Below, in pieces: positions 9,642 to 19,171 of a stretch of DNA of 38,930 bases. A program made the position numbers and the translations under genes. The stretch is taken from the IMG/VR virus record IMGVR_UViG_3300025120_000177, positions 1 to 38,930 of that record; one strand, written 5' to 3'. Positions within the stretch are counted from its first letter, which is position 1, and the number at the start of each line of letters is the position of its first letter. Under the pieces are notes generated by a model. It was given only the letters and a program-made list of their open reading frames with translations. It did no database searches and was not told the DNA's origin. This DNA comes from a virus. Its lineage: Duplodnaviria > Caudoviricetes.

Positions 9642-10823
9642 TTATTTTTTTATGCCTGCAAGACGTTGCATCATTTCCTTCATAGGATTATGCCCAGTCT
9701 TACTTTCGTTAATGTTTTGCCTAGAATTCAGCATTGCGCTTAAATTGCTTTTGCGATTGACAGACTCGCTCAGTGATTGTGGACCTCTTTTGCTATTAGG
9801 CGTCGATCCCACTGTGGCTTTGAGCGTCTCGAAAAGCTGCTTTGCTTCTTTCGTAGACTCCGCATTTGCGATGGCGTCGACAATTTTTGACTTTTGTCGC
9901 TCATTCAGGGAGGCATCACCCAGAGTGCGGTTCTGGTATAGTAACTTTGCGTTAGACAATAGAGCCTCGTCTAAATGCACTTCTAATTTTTCAAGTACAT
10001 TAGCCATAGCTTCATTTTGCTTGGCAAGGGCTTCGATTGTCTCATATAATTCTGTTTGTGCTTTTTCAGCATCGGCATCGGTGTCTTCATCTTCAGATGA
10101 TTCTTCTTCTGCTTCTTCGAGACCTTGGGCTTCGCGAGCTTTGCACAAATCTCTTCGTCGCTCTGCTTCTTTAGAGACAGGGTTCCACTCACCAGTTGGT
10201 TTATAGATGTCATCATCATCCATGTGAAGCTCTTCTTCTAACATGTCAAGGATCTCTTGAAGTTGCTGATCTTCTTCGTTAATTTCTTTGTTCTCTTGGA
10301 GGGTCGCTAATAGGTCGTCAAGGCTTTCATCACCACCACCGCTGTCATCACCTGCTGGTTCTGCTGCGAGGTCATCAGATGGCTCTGGGGAGTCTCCAAG
10401 AGAACCTAGTGTATCATCACCTGAGCCACCCATTGCTGCCTCTTCTTCCGGAGATAATTCAAACTCTCCTAGATCAAGATCAACCATTCCTCCTGATATT
10501 TCTGGAAGAGAATCTACAAGGGCGCTAAATCTAACACCAATATCATCATAGCGAGAGTCCCAAGCAGGTGGTGCTTCAATAGTTGCCCCCTCTTGTCCGC
10601 CGCCAAAAGATGCCGGCATTGCATCTGCAACTGAGTTCATTTCTGCTTCTGCTTCTGCAATCATGCCATTTGCGCTTGCAAGGTTCTGATTTTCGAGCAT
10701 TACATCAACGGCTTCTTTAATTTGGTGAGAATATTTTTCGATAACAGATTGTTCCGCATTTTTAATGGCCTGTTCTCGCAACGCTGCTGCGTCGGCGATT
10801 GCCTGCTCTAGCATGTTTGACAT
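9642..10823 (-). CDS. Prohead core scaffolding protein (T4 gp22-like)
   Basis: Start reassigned to MSNMLEQAIADAAALRE (AGGAGA RBS); acidic coiled coil, LLSNAKLLYQN, C-terminal MQRLAGIKK; immediately upstream of the capsid gene; many (L/I)xE sites. Confidence 0.8.
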   Translation of the reverse strand: MSNMLEQAIADAAALREQAIKNAEQSVIEKYSHQIKEAVDVMLENQNLASANGMIAEAEAEMNSVADAMPASFGGGQEGATIEAPPAWDSRYDDIGVRFSALVDSLPEISGGMVDLDLGEFELSPEEEAAMGGSGDDTLGSLGDSPEPSDDLAAEPAGDDSGGGDESLDDLLATLQENKEINEEDQQLQEILDMLEEELHMDDDDIYKPTGEWNPVSKEAERRRDLCKAREAQGLEEAEEESSEDEDTDADAEKAQTELYETIEALAKQNEAMANVLEKLEVHLDEALLSNAKLLYQNRTLGDASLNERQKSKIVDAIANAESTKEAKQLFETLKATVGSTPNSKRGPQSLSESVNRKSNLSAMLNSRQNINESKTGHNPMKEMMQRLAGIKK

Positions 10824-10852
10824 CAATTTTCTCCTAGAATTCTTTTCTTCTT

Positions 10853-10860
10853 TAAATAGT
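10853..10860 (-). promoter_or_regulatory. Putative late promoter motif ACTATTTA (scaffold-capsid operon)
   Basis: Intergenic exact copy downstream of a terminator, about 30 nt upstream of the scaffold ATG. Confidence 0.75.
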
Positions 10861-10892
10861 GTAGAGAGAAACAAAACTCCAAAAGAGGGCTC

Positions 10893-10930
10893 AAAAAGAA
10901 AAAACCCCCTGCACCTGATAGCGCAAGGGA
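10893..10930 (-). terminator. Rho-independent terminator
   Basis: Minus strand CCCTTGCGC-loop-GTGCAGGGG (with G-U pairs) followed by TTTTTTCTTTTT. Confidence 0.7.
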
Positions 10931-10958
10931 TTGTAACTCAACAAATGTTTGTTTGAAA

Positions 10959-12701
10959 TTAAAGCTGAGACGCAGCCTCAACTCCCATTTGACGATCTGC
11001 TTGAGCAGCAATAGCAGCAACTTGAGCATCTGTTAGAGCAATACCCTCTTCAATTTGAATTGAATCGAATTGTCCTTTAACAGACTTGCCGCTCGCTCCA
11101 CTATAACCAAAGCCGAAGCTTTCATTCGAAGAAGAAGGAAGAAGCTTTGTGCCCAAAGGATAACCTTTGGTTCCCGGAAGCTTAGTTCCATTTATATAGA
11201 GACTAACTACGAGATTAGATCCGTTTGACTTACATGTGTATGCCGCATGAACCCAGCCACCAGCAACAGCCATCCCACTATTGGTATTAAACATAGTTTG
11301 GCTGCCTATTTGAGTTGTGATGTGCGCATTTCCATTGATGTTCCCGCCAACTTTCAACGCAAATCTGTCCGCCGGAGGATCATATCTTCCAAGAACAGAA
11401 ACTGTTCCAGCGTCCTGTGTAGTGTTGAGATTCATCCACCAAGAGATAGTGAACTCTTCTTCAACTGGTTGTCCGTTACCGTCATAGGAAATGATGTCAT
11501 CTCCATCCAAATTTAATGTTAAGCCATGACCCATTCCGGAATGATTATCAGTAACTATTCCAGTAGGAAAATTGAATCTTGCAAGATCTTCCAAGAAGCT
11601 AGGTTGACTCCCGCGACCAGCAGAATGTAAGTCAGAGATGTCACTAGCAACCATTGCGGACTTTTGAATGAATAGTCCGTCAATGTCTCCATCAAAATAT
11701 CCACTGTATCCTCCATTTTCCCAACCACCGATCTTAAGGTCTCCCGAAGTGCCGGTAATTCTGTTAGTTGGGGAGTATGAGTGAACTTCTTGTCCATTGA
11801 AGTACATCTTATAATCTCCAACCGCAGGCATAACAAATGCTACGTGATGCCACGTATTCAAGGCAATGCCACCAGAAGGCGCAGCACGGTTGTTAGAATT
11901 TCCTCCACCGAATGTGGTAGTTTGTAAACCACCAGTGGTCATGTTTCCGCCCGCATCGGCAGCCATTGTTGAGATTGCTGCGATATAACCAGACCAACCA
12001 GCACCCATTTTAGAAACAAGAGCGGCATTCCAATTACTTGGCAATGAATTAGGCTTCATCCACATGTAGATCGTCAGGTCACCAGACTCTCTATCATAAT
12101 CAGTGGAATGAGGTAGTGAAGCATAGGTCCCGCTGGTTCCATCAAAAGATAGAACACCATTAGCTAATTGTGCGTTACCATGAAGAGTAATGTTCAAGTT
12201 CTCTTCTAATCCTACCATGTTTGATGCTGCTTCCCCACCTTCAGTTGGGATGATGTAAGACTCTGATGCCAACAACCAACGTAAAGAACCATTGGACATG
12301 ATTGTCAACATTTTATTAACATCACTAGCAGTATAAATTGGCACTTCATCGATGTCATAAAGCTTAATGCCTCTGTCAACACCAACAATAGATGGTGTTG
12401 AGCCTTGATACTTTTCAGCAGAAAATAAAGAAACGCGAATAGTTTCACTAGAACCAGTCAATGATTTAAGATAAAAGTTTGTATAATTGTGTACCCAATT
12501 ATCCGCTGTAAATTGATCAGCGGTGCCATCCCAAGTATGAAGCGTTGTCCAAACCGATCCATCATATCCATGGATAGAAATATCCTTTCCACCAAACACA
12601 ATTGACATTTGACCATCGTGAGTCGCAGGCACTGTAAAAGAGTTTTCCAAGGCTGGTTCCGATACATATGCTTGTTGTTTTATAAGTTTTTGTTTTTTCA
12701 T
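10959..12701 (-). CDS. Virion protein with N-terminal domain paralogous to 12716..13117 plus two LamG/ConA-like domains
   Basis: Start reassigned to MKKQKLIK (GGAGG RBS); LamG motifs LTIYMWMKP/WHHVAF/YFNG and FTISWWMN/WVHAAY/LYING. Confidence 0.7.
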   Translation of the reverse strand: MKKQKLIKQQAYVSEPALENSFTVPATHDGQMSIVFGGKDISIHGYDGSVWTTLHTWDGTADQFTADNWVHNYTNFYLKSLTGSSETIRVSLFSAEKYQGSTPSIVGVDRGIKLYDIDEVPIYTASDVNKMLTIMSNGSLRWLLASESYIIPTEGGEAASNMVGLEENLNITLHGNAQLANGVLSFDGTSGTYASLPHSTDYDRESGDLTIYMWMKPNSLPSNWNAALVSKMGAGWSGYIAAISTMAADAGGNMTTGGLQTTTFGGGNSNNRAAPSGGIALNTWHHVAFVMPAVGDYKMYFNGQEVHSYSPTNRITGTSGDLKIGGWENGGYSGYFDGDIDGLFIQKSAMVASDISDLHSAGRGSQPSFLEDLARFNFPTGIVTDNHSGMGHGLTLNLDGDDIISYDGNGQPVEEEFTISWWMNLNTTQDAGTVSVLGRYDPPADRFALKVGGNINGNAHITTQIGSQTMFNTNSGMAVAGGWVHAAYTCKSNGSNLVVSLYINGTKLPGTKGYPLGTKLLPSSSNESFGFGYSGASGKSVKGQFDSIQIEEGIALTDAQVAAIAAQADRQMGVEAASQL

Positions 12702-12715
12702 TGTGATACCCTCCG

Positions 12716-13117
12716 TTATCGTGTGATCCAAATAAGGTTTCCACCAGCGTCAACCGAAAGAACCTTTCCAGCATCAGAAGCAGTAAATGCTGGTACATCA
12801 CTAATTTCACTTACTGATGCGGGTGCAGGCGCAGCAGCTTTGATTAATGAATCTTCCATGAAAACAACACGAACAGTTTCATCAGATCCAGAATTTGATT
12901 TAAAGAATATTTCTGAATATGTTTCAAAAGAAGCAAAGACGATCTTGTCATCTGTGCTAGTGGTGCCAACGAGTTCCCAAGTTGAGCCGTTTTTACCATA
13001 AACTTCAACAGTAGTAAATCCGATGCAAATAGCTGTGTTGTGGTTTGCTCCTGGTCCAATTCCTACTGAGGCTGCGGTTGGTGCCGATTGTCCGGCAGTA
13101 TATTTTGTAATAGACAT
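12716..13117 (-). CDS. Small putative virion protein
   Basis: 133 aa; GGAGGA RBS; C-terminal ASDAGKVLSVDAGGNLIW fibre-type motif; similar to the N-terminus of the downstream gene. Confidence 0.6.
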   Translation of the reverse strand: MSITKYTAGQSAPTAASVGIGPGANHNTAICIGFTTVEVYGKNGSTWELVGTTSTDDKIVFASFETYSEIFFKSNSGSDETVRVVFMEDSLIKAAAPAPASVSEISDVPAFTASDAGKVLSVDAGGNLIWITR

Positions 13118-13151
13118 TTTTAATCCTCCAAAGAAATTTTTTGTCTTTATT

Positions 13152-13187
13152 AATAAAAATGGGCCTCGAAGAAGTCCCCGAGGCCCA
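13152..13187 (-). terminator. Rho-independent terminator
   Basis: Stem GGGCCTCG / CGAGGCCC followed by ATTTTTATT on the minus strand. Confidence 0.7.
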
Positions 13188-13228
13188 AGGTTAAATACCT
13201 CTGGTATTATGAACTAACTAATCAATGA

Positions 13229-15754
13229 TTAGAACAAGTACATAACTCCACCTTTCTTAACGAACATAACAGATGCGCCGCCATGAAGAGTAATTGAACC
13301 GTCACCTTCGCCGTCAATAGACTCACCAGCACCAGCGTTGAAAGTTACAGAGTTTGAACCTTCAGCAACCTTAACCATGATGAAGTAATTTTCAGTCATA
13401 GATGGAACTGTAAATGCTTTTGGAGAAGAAGCGTTAACGATGTAATGAGTAGCAAGACCCATTGCAGCAGAAGCTTCTGTCAAGTAAGCAACTTCAACTT
13501 TACCAGCAAAGTGATCATCAAATTTACCTTCAATACGTCCTTCTTCGCCTTGAGCACGAGTAACTTCAGATGCCAAGTTAGCAGTCAAAGTGTTATCAGC
13601 AGCAATGCGAGCAGCTTCTTCGGCAGCAACAGCAGCAACCATATCGGTTTCGATAGCAGCAAAGTCAGCAGCAACTGCACCAGAAAGAGCAGTGATGCTA
13701 GATTGAAGACCGTTATCACCAGCGATTCTTGCAGCTTCTTCTGTAGAAACAGAAGCAGCCAAAACAGCTTCAGCAGCTAATGCACGCGCTTCTTCATCAT
13801 CGATAGCGTCTGAAAGAAGACCTTCTGCAGCCAATGCACGAGTTTCCTCAGCAGCAATAGCAGCGTCAGCGTCAGCTTCGTTACCATCAACATCAGATTG
13901 TAATGCAGCAATAGCATTAGTCAAAGATGTGTCAGCAGCGATTCTTGCAGCTTCTTCAGCAGTAACAGCAGCAGCTCTATCAGAAACTTCTTGAGCCAAT
14001 GCAGCATTGTTAGAAGCAACATAAGAACCAAAAGCAGTATCGTTTACAGTATCAACATCGTTGATCAAAGTTACGATTTCTGCGAATGAATCTTTATCAG
14101 CAGAAGAAGCAAGAAGGATAGCGTCAACTCTTGCAGTCTCAGCATCAATGTTCAATTGAAGTTGAGTATCAGCAGCTTTATATGCAGTGTCCAAAGCGCC
14201 TTCAGCAGATTGTGCACGAGCAATTTCAGCAGCCAAAGCAGAGTCGTTTGATGCTTCGTAAGATGAAAGATCAGATGCAACAGCAGCAATAGCAGCATCA
14301 GCATCAGCTTCATTTTGGTCTACATCAGCTTGAACACCAGCCAAAGCAGATTGAACGTCAGTTTCCATAGCTGCGAAATCAGCAGCTACAGCACCAGACA
14401 AAGAAGTGATAGATGCAGAAAGAACACCTTCAGCAGCAACAGCGCGAGTTTCCTCAGCAGCGATTGCAGCATCAGCATCAGCTTCATTTTGATCTACGTC
14501 AGCTTGAAGAGCAGCAATAGCAGCATCAGCATCAGCTTCGTTTTGATCTACATCAGCTTGGATAGCGTTACGAGCTTGCAAAGAAAGGTTAGCTTCAAAT
14601 GCATCAGCAGCCATTCTAGCAGATTCTTCAGCAGTGATTGCAGTTTGCAATGCAGCATCAGCAGCAGCACGAGAAGTAGCTTCAGCAGCTTCACGAGCAT
14701 CAGTGTACGCTTTAGCATCTAACAAGCCTTGAGCATCAGCAGCAGCACGGTCAAGAAGTTCTTGAGCCAAATCTGCAGCGATTGCTTGATCTTCAGCCAA
14801 ACGAGTAGCAGCTTCAGAGTTGATGTTAGTTTGCAAAGTAGCATCTGCAGCAGAACGAGCGTTTGCTTCTGCAGTGTCAGCAGCAGCGAACTCAGAACGG
14901 ATAGCAGCACGGTCAGATGTTGCAGCACCGTCAGCAGAAATACGAGCAGTTTCTTCGTTACCAATGTTAGCTTGAAGAACAGCTTCTGCAGAAAGAGCAC
15001 GAGACTCTTCAGCATCTACGTCAACACCACGATCAACGATCTCTTGGTCAATCTTGCCATCAAGAGTAACGATTTGAGAAAGGATAGAAGTATCAGCCAA
15101 CTGATAAGCGTCAGCGATTTCTTTCAAAGTGTCGAAATCAACATCAGCACCAGCCAAAACAGCATCCAAACGACCACGTTCAGTTGCGATTTCACCAGAA
15201 AGACCAGAATCTGCAGCGATACGTGCTGCTTCTTCTGCATCTAATGCAGCTTGCATGTCAGTTTCCATTGCTGAGAAGTCAGCAGCTACAGCGCCAGACA
15301 ATGCGTTGATGTTACCTTGAAGAGTAGCATCAGCACCTTGACGTGCAGTTGACTCAGAAGCCAAAGCAGCGTTGTTAGAGATAACGTAAGCGTCATGCTT
15401 ACCTTCGATACGACCTTCTTCACCGAGAGCACGAGTCTCTTCAGTAGAGATAGCAGCAGCATTTGCAGCTTCAGCACCTTGAGCGCGAGTGATTTCAGAA
15501 TCTAATCCACCTTGAAGACCGACACGACCTTGCTCAGCAGCAACTTCAACATCTTTTAAGTGTTTTTCTTGTACAAGTTTGTCACCACCAGCTTGTGGGG
15601 CGTTTGCGGTACCGACCTTAACAGCATCAGAAATTTCTGAAACGTTCTTTACGGCGCCAACTGGAAGGGTAAGTTTTCCTTCCGCCAATTCTGACATATC
15701 AAATTCAGTAACCTGATCGTCAACCTTGACTTTTCCTAAGAATAATTTAGCCAT
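13229..15754 (-). CDS. Long alanine-rich coiled-coil fibre protein with C-terminal beta domain
   Basis: Start reassigned to MAKLFLGKV (GGAGG RBS); recurrent EExARIAAD / ExRAxAAE units, fibre-type FDTLKEIAD motif, short C-terminal beta-rich domain. Confidence 0.7.
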   Translation of the reverse strand: MAKLFLGKVKVDDQVTEFDMSELAEGKLTLPVGAVKNVSEISDAVKVGTANAPQAGGDKLVQEKHLKDVEVAAEQGRVGLQGGLDSEITRAQGAEAANAAAISTEETRALGEEGRIEGKHDAYVISNNAALASESTARQGADATLQGNINALSGAVAADFSAMETDMQAALDAEEAARIAADSGLSGEIATERGRLDAVLAGADVDFDTLKEIADAYQLADTSILSQIVTLDGKIDQEIVDRGVDVDAEESRALSAEAVLQANIGNEETARISADGAATSDRAAIRSEFAAADTAEANARSAADATLQTNINSEAATRLAEDQAIAADLAQELLDRAAADAQGLLDAKAYTDAREAAEATSRAAADAALQTAITAEESARMAADAFEANLSLQARNAIQADVDQNEADADAAIAALQADVDQNEADADAAIAAEETRAVAAEGVLSASITSLSGAVAADFAAMETDVQSALAGVQADVDQNEADADAAIAAVASDLSSYEASNDSALAAEIARAQSAEGALDTAYKAADTQLQLNIDAETARVDAILLASSADKDSFAEIVTLINDVDTVNDTAFGSYVASNNAALAQEVSDRAAAVTAEEAARIAADTSLTNAIAALQSDVDGNEADADAAIAAEETRALAAEGLLSDAIDDEEARALAAEAVLAASVSTEEAARIAGDNGLQSSITALSGAVAADFAAIETDMVAAVAAEEAARIAADNTLTANLASEVTRAQGEEGRIEGKFDDHFAGKVEVAYLTEASAAMGLATHYIVNASSPKAFTVPSMTENYFIMVKVAEGSNSVTFNAGAGESIDGEGDGSITLHGGASVMFVKKGGVMYLF
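13850..14560 (-). repeat. Intragenic degenerate repeats encoding (A/S)DVD(Q/G)NEADADAAIAA, four copies
   Basis: Copies near 14515-14560, 14455-14505, 14285-14331 and 13850-13900; LSGAVAADF(S/A)A(M/I)ETD also occurs three times in the gene. Confidence 0.85.
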
Positions 15755-15938
15755 TATTATTTCCTCCAAATAATGATCATAAGACTCAAGACACACCGGT
15801 GCCTAGAGCTACCCTTAACTACACTCAATAATAACAAAAAGAATTTTTATTTTAACCAGTTTAGTATCTACGTTCTTAAACACTAAAAAAAAATAAAAAA
15901 AACTCTATAGCTTCGAAAAAATGGGAAGGATAGAGACT

Positions 15939-18098
15939 CTACATGATGAAGAATTTTGATTGACCGTCGCAGTAGATGTTCATTGCTGAGCCGGGAGAAG
16001 CCAAGGTTATACTTTGTCTATTTTCAATCAATTGGTTTGGTCTCGCAATAACGTCAATTGTGAATTGATTTGCATTTTCTAACTCATCTTTTATGACCAT
16101 GATCTGTCCATTAAATAAAGTTGATGCATCCGGAAGCGTTACTGTTAAGTTTTGTGTAGCTTGAATCGCTACAAAATAATCGCCAGTTCCAACAGAATAA
16201 TCTGCAGTTACCACTGTTCTATTTCGAACTTCGATATCTGTTTGGTAGGGCGGACACATGACGATGTTGCCATCGGCATCTAAAGATAGAAAGTTGTTAG
16301 ACGTTCCTTGTTGAACATTAGTTAAATTTAATTGAGGCATTATCACCTTACCAGAAGTGGGGGAAATCTCTAGATCACCAGCATCATTTGTGTTCAAATC
16401 AGTAAACCTATTTTGAGATAGTCCGAAAACAAATTCAGAATTTGTCAATCTTAATTGCGCGTTGTTAGCGTCTTTGATCTCGACCATTCGAGCAGCGGAT
16501 GGTTTGTTGATTGCTAGAGGACCCCCGAGAATTGCTGCGTTTGCAACATTAAGCGAAGTTAGCGTTCCCAAACTCGTTACGTTTGGCTGTGCAGCGGTAG
16601 TTAAGGTTCCTCCGAGGTTTGTGGAATTTACCGTTGTTACGTCAACAGTTGGGGTTGCAATGCTATCGTTATTGATTGTTGAGTTACCATTCGTGATTAC
16701 GGTTGATATTATGTTCGTGAAGTCTCCAAGTTCTGAGGACATAGAGACGGTTGATGAGATTTGACCAACGTTGTCTAAGACGATGCCGCCATTAGAGCCC
16801 ACCACAAGTTCTCCTAGGACGTTTGTCGAGTTGCCTATGTCCAAGGTTGGTGTTTGTGTAGAAACCGTTGTAGAGCCATTGTTGACGCTTATAGACAACT
16901 TTTCGGTTGAGGTTCCCACTTTGAATTGATTTGATGTGGCTTCGACCTCAAATTTTGCACCCGATGAATGATTACCAACGCCGATCAATGCTCCATCGAT
17001 GAAGAAAGCATTGTTTATATCCAAATTGTTTGGAGTAGTCATTGTGTTGGCATTGACAACTATCGTGTCTGTTGCTTCATCTCCGAACGTTAATGTGTCG
17101 GCTGAGACTGCGAAGTCTGTCATCCGAGCAACAAGCGACCCTGTTACAACAAGATCACCAGAAACATTCAGATTTCCTGCGACATTTGTGTGACCATTAG
17201 AAGGAGTTATGGTAAAGTTTCCTTCTACATTTGTGTGAAGATCGGTGAACTCGTGATCTTGTAAGCCGAAAACTCCTCGCTGGCTTGTTAATCTCAATTG
17301 GGTTGATGTGGATAAGATTTCTGATGTTGTTTGCGGATCAGAAACATTGACTCCAACTTTGTTCTCTCCGCTTTTGACATAAAGTGTTCCGTTGATTGTT
17401 GCATCGTTTGCAACATTTAGGCTTGTTAGGGTTCCTACCTCTGTGATATTCGGCTGAAGTGGGGATGTTAACAATCCTTCAAAAGTTGTAGATTGAATAT
17501 GGGTTGCGTTTGCAATAGTTCCACTCTCGACAGTCAGCGTTCCGTCTGTTAGTTGATCTATCTGAATGTCTCCGGCATCCATTGATCCAAAAAGGGCGAT
17601 GGAGCCACTGAATTGTGATGCGTCTATTTCTAATGCTTGGATGTCTCCGGAGACATCTAATAGCGCTCCGTCAAATGTTAAGTTCTCTTCCGCATTGACA
17701 GTGTCTCCACTAACAGATGTTACGATTCGATTGTCTGCGAAGTTCGTAGCATAATTTATTGGGACACCATCTAGGGTTGCACCCCAGCCATAATGGTTTG
17801 TAGCAGTGATGTCACCGCTGATTCCAACTGATCCTGTGAAACTGTGAAAATCGTCTTCGGTGTCTCCGAAAATTGAGGACCCAGTTGTGGTAAAGTGATA
17901 AACTGTTTCTGTTTGATTTTGGATTTCAAAGTTATGTGCAACAATGTTACCAGAGATGAGCAGCGAATTAAGTTCGTCTGACCAGATTAAATTTGAATCG
18001 TGTTGAAGCTCTACACCAGAACCGGCTAGCTGGATTGATCCTGGAGGACCCGATCCATGCCGACCGACAACATATGCCCATCCAAATTGCTTTCCCAT
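15939..18098 (-). CDS. Fibre-like virion protein with internal duplication
   Basis: 719 aa; GSSIFGDTEDDFHSFTGSV, two QPN(I/V)TxxGTLTSLNVAN...QLRLT...FTDLxTN units, C-terminal TVTLPDAS...IYCDGQSKFFIM domain. Confidence 0.7.
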   Translation of the reverse strand: MGKQFGWAYVVGRHGSGPPGSIQLAGSGVELQHDSNLIWSDELNSLLISGNIVAHNFEIQNQTETVYHFTTTGSSIFGDTEDDFHSFTGSVGISGDITATNHYGWGATLDGVPINYATNFADNRIVTSVSGDTVNAEENLTFDGALLDVSGDIQALEIDASQFSGSIALFGSMDAGDIQIDQLTDGTLTVESGTIANATHIQSTTFEGLLTSPLQPNITEVGTLTSLNVANDATINGTLYVKSGENKVGVNVSDPQTTSEILSTSTQLRLTSQRGVFGLQDHEFTDLHTNVEGNFTITPSNGHTNVAGNLNVSGDLVVTGSLVARMTDFAVSADTLTFGDEATDTIVVNANTMTTPNNLDINNAFFIDGALIGVGNHSSGAKFEVEATSNQFKVGTSTEKLSISVNNGSTTVSTQTPTLDIGNSTNVLGELVVGSNGGIVLDNVGQISSTVSMSSELGDFTNIISTVITNGNSTINNDSIATPTVDVTTVNSTNLGGTLTTAAQPNVTSLGTLTSLNVANAAILGGPLAINKPSAARMVEIKDANNAQLRLTNSEFVFGLSQNRFTDLNTNDAGDLEISPTSGKVIMPQLNLTNVQQGTSNNFLSLDADGNIVMCPPYQTDIEVRNRTVVTADYSVGTGDYFVAIQATQNLTVTLPDASTLFNGQIMVIKDELENANQFTIDVIARPNQLIENRQSITLASPGSAMNIYCDGQSKFFIM

Positions 18099-19171
18099 TA
18101 CTCATCGATTCCCGTTCCAGATAATTCAAACATTCTACTAGCAGGAATGCCTGTAAGAGATGCGCAGACGGCTAAATCAGTTGCCGTTGCACCACCGTGC
18201 CCATCGGGACAAGATAATAAAATTTGCTTTGTCTTACATTGCAGCGTAATGCTTTCTCCACCAACTAATTGAATCTTATGACGCGCTTCTGCGTTTTCAA
18301 TTAGCTGGCCATCAACAAACTCTACATTTGCAGTATTACCATTAATAGACAAGTTGTTGTTTGAGATTCTATCATTTATTGTTGATGTTGTATCTGGTGT
18401 CGAATAGAAGGTTTTATATTGATTATCTTCAAATTCCCAGAGGCCAACTATGTCTGACGCTAGACTGGTGGATCTTGGATCCTTAAATGCGCCATCGTTG
18501 TAAACTTCAGATATTTCGGTTTCTGTTAGTGCTTTCGAGAAAATTGCAGCATTATCATAAACTCCGTCAAAATTTGGGTTATTGTTGTCGCCCAAGTTCA
18601 AAGTGACTAGGTTGTCTGCAAATGCTGTGGTGTTTACATTTCCAACTTGTTGACCGTTAATAAGCAATTTTGACTCACCAGTTTTTATCGTAGCTATAAC
18701 GTTAATCCACTCATTGTTGGAAAAAGTAAGTGGAGCTGTGGTAGTTTCAACACCGTTGTTTACAAAAAACTTTATCTCATCGGGTCCGACGGCGTGTATT
18801 TGTATTCTTGATGAATTCCCGCTAGCATGTAGTAGTTCAAAAATCCTAGTTGGCGCAATAGTCTCTACATTTAACCAAATTGAAATCGAAACTTCCGCTA
18901 GAGTCAACGAAGAAATATCAGATTGATAATAGGTGGAATTTGATCCAATAAAATTTAAAGCACGTTTTGGTTCGCAGAACATAATATCAAGAATGCTTGT
19001 TGCGCCATTTCCACCAAGATCGTTAGAAATCTCAATTTGGTTGGTTACGTTTGGGAATTCCAAAAGAGTTCTTGCACCCAGAGACAAAGAAATGTCTTTG
19101 AGCCAAGGGCGTCCGGACACCTGATAGGATCCGACGTTTTGGAGACCAACTGAATAAAAATTTCCGCTCAT
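18098..19171 (-). CDS. Virion protein: paralogue of 19168..19593 with an inserted LamG/ConA-like domain
   Basis: 357 aa; N-terminal YSVGLQNVGSYQVSG and C-terminal LTGIPASRMFEL match the neighbour; the middle has ISIWLN/WINVI/LING/FDGVYDN LamG motifs. Confidence 0.7.
   Translation of the reverse strand: MSGNFYSVGLQNVGSYQVSGRPWLKDISLSLGARTLLEFPNVTNQIEISNDLGGNGATSILDIMFCEPKRALNFIGSNSTYYQSDISSLTLAEVSISIWLNVETIAPTRIFELLHASGNSSRIQIHAVGPDEIKFFVNNGVETTTAPLTFSNNEWINVIATIKTGESKLLINGQQVGNVNTTAFADNLVTLNLGDNNNPNFDGVYDNAAIFSKALTETEISEVYNDGAFKDPRSTSLASDIVGLWEFEDNQYKTFYSTPDTTSTINDRISNNNLSINGNTANVEFVDGQLIENAEARHKIQLVGGESITLQCKTKQILLSCPDGHGGATATDLAVCASLTGIPASRMFELSGTGIDE

Noticed and set aside
12701-12731. 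Programmed frameshift fusing 12716..13117 to the downstream LamG gene
   Set aside because: The downstream gene has its own GGAGG RBS and ATG at 12701 and its own copy of the shared domain; no slippery site evident.
13850-14560. Repeated DNA units as a possible CRISPR array
   Set aside because: Repeats are degenerate at third codon positions, in frame and irregularly spaced; they are coding repeats.
15800-15938. AT-rich intergenic region with long A-runs as ncRNA or origin
   Set aside because: Only a weak CTCTAT/ATAGAG stem plus T-runs and a degenerate motif-like GTAGTTA; not enough to call anything beyond a possible terminator.
3672-19171. Diversity-generating retroelement acting on the LamG/fibre genes
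   Set aside because: No reverse transcriptase in the window, and I saw no near-identical template/variable repeat pair differing at adenines.
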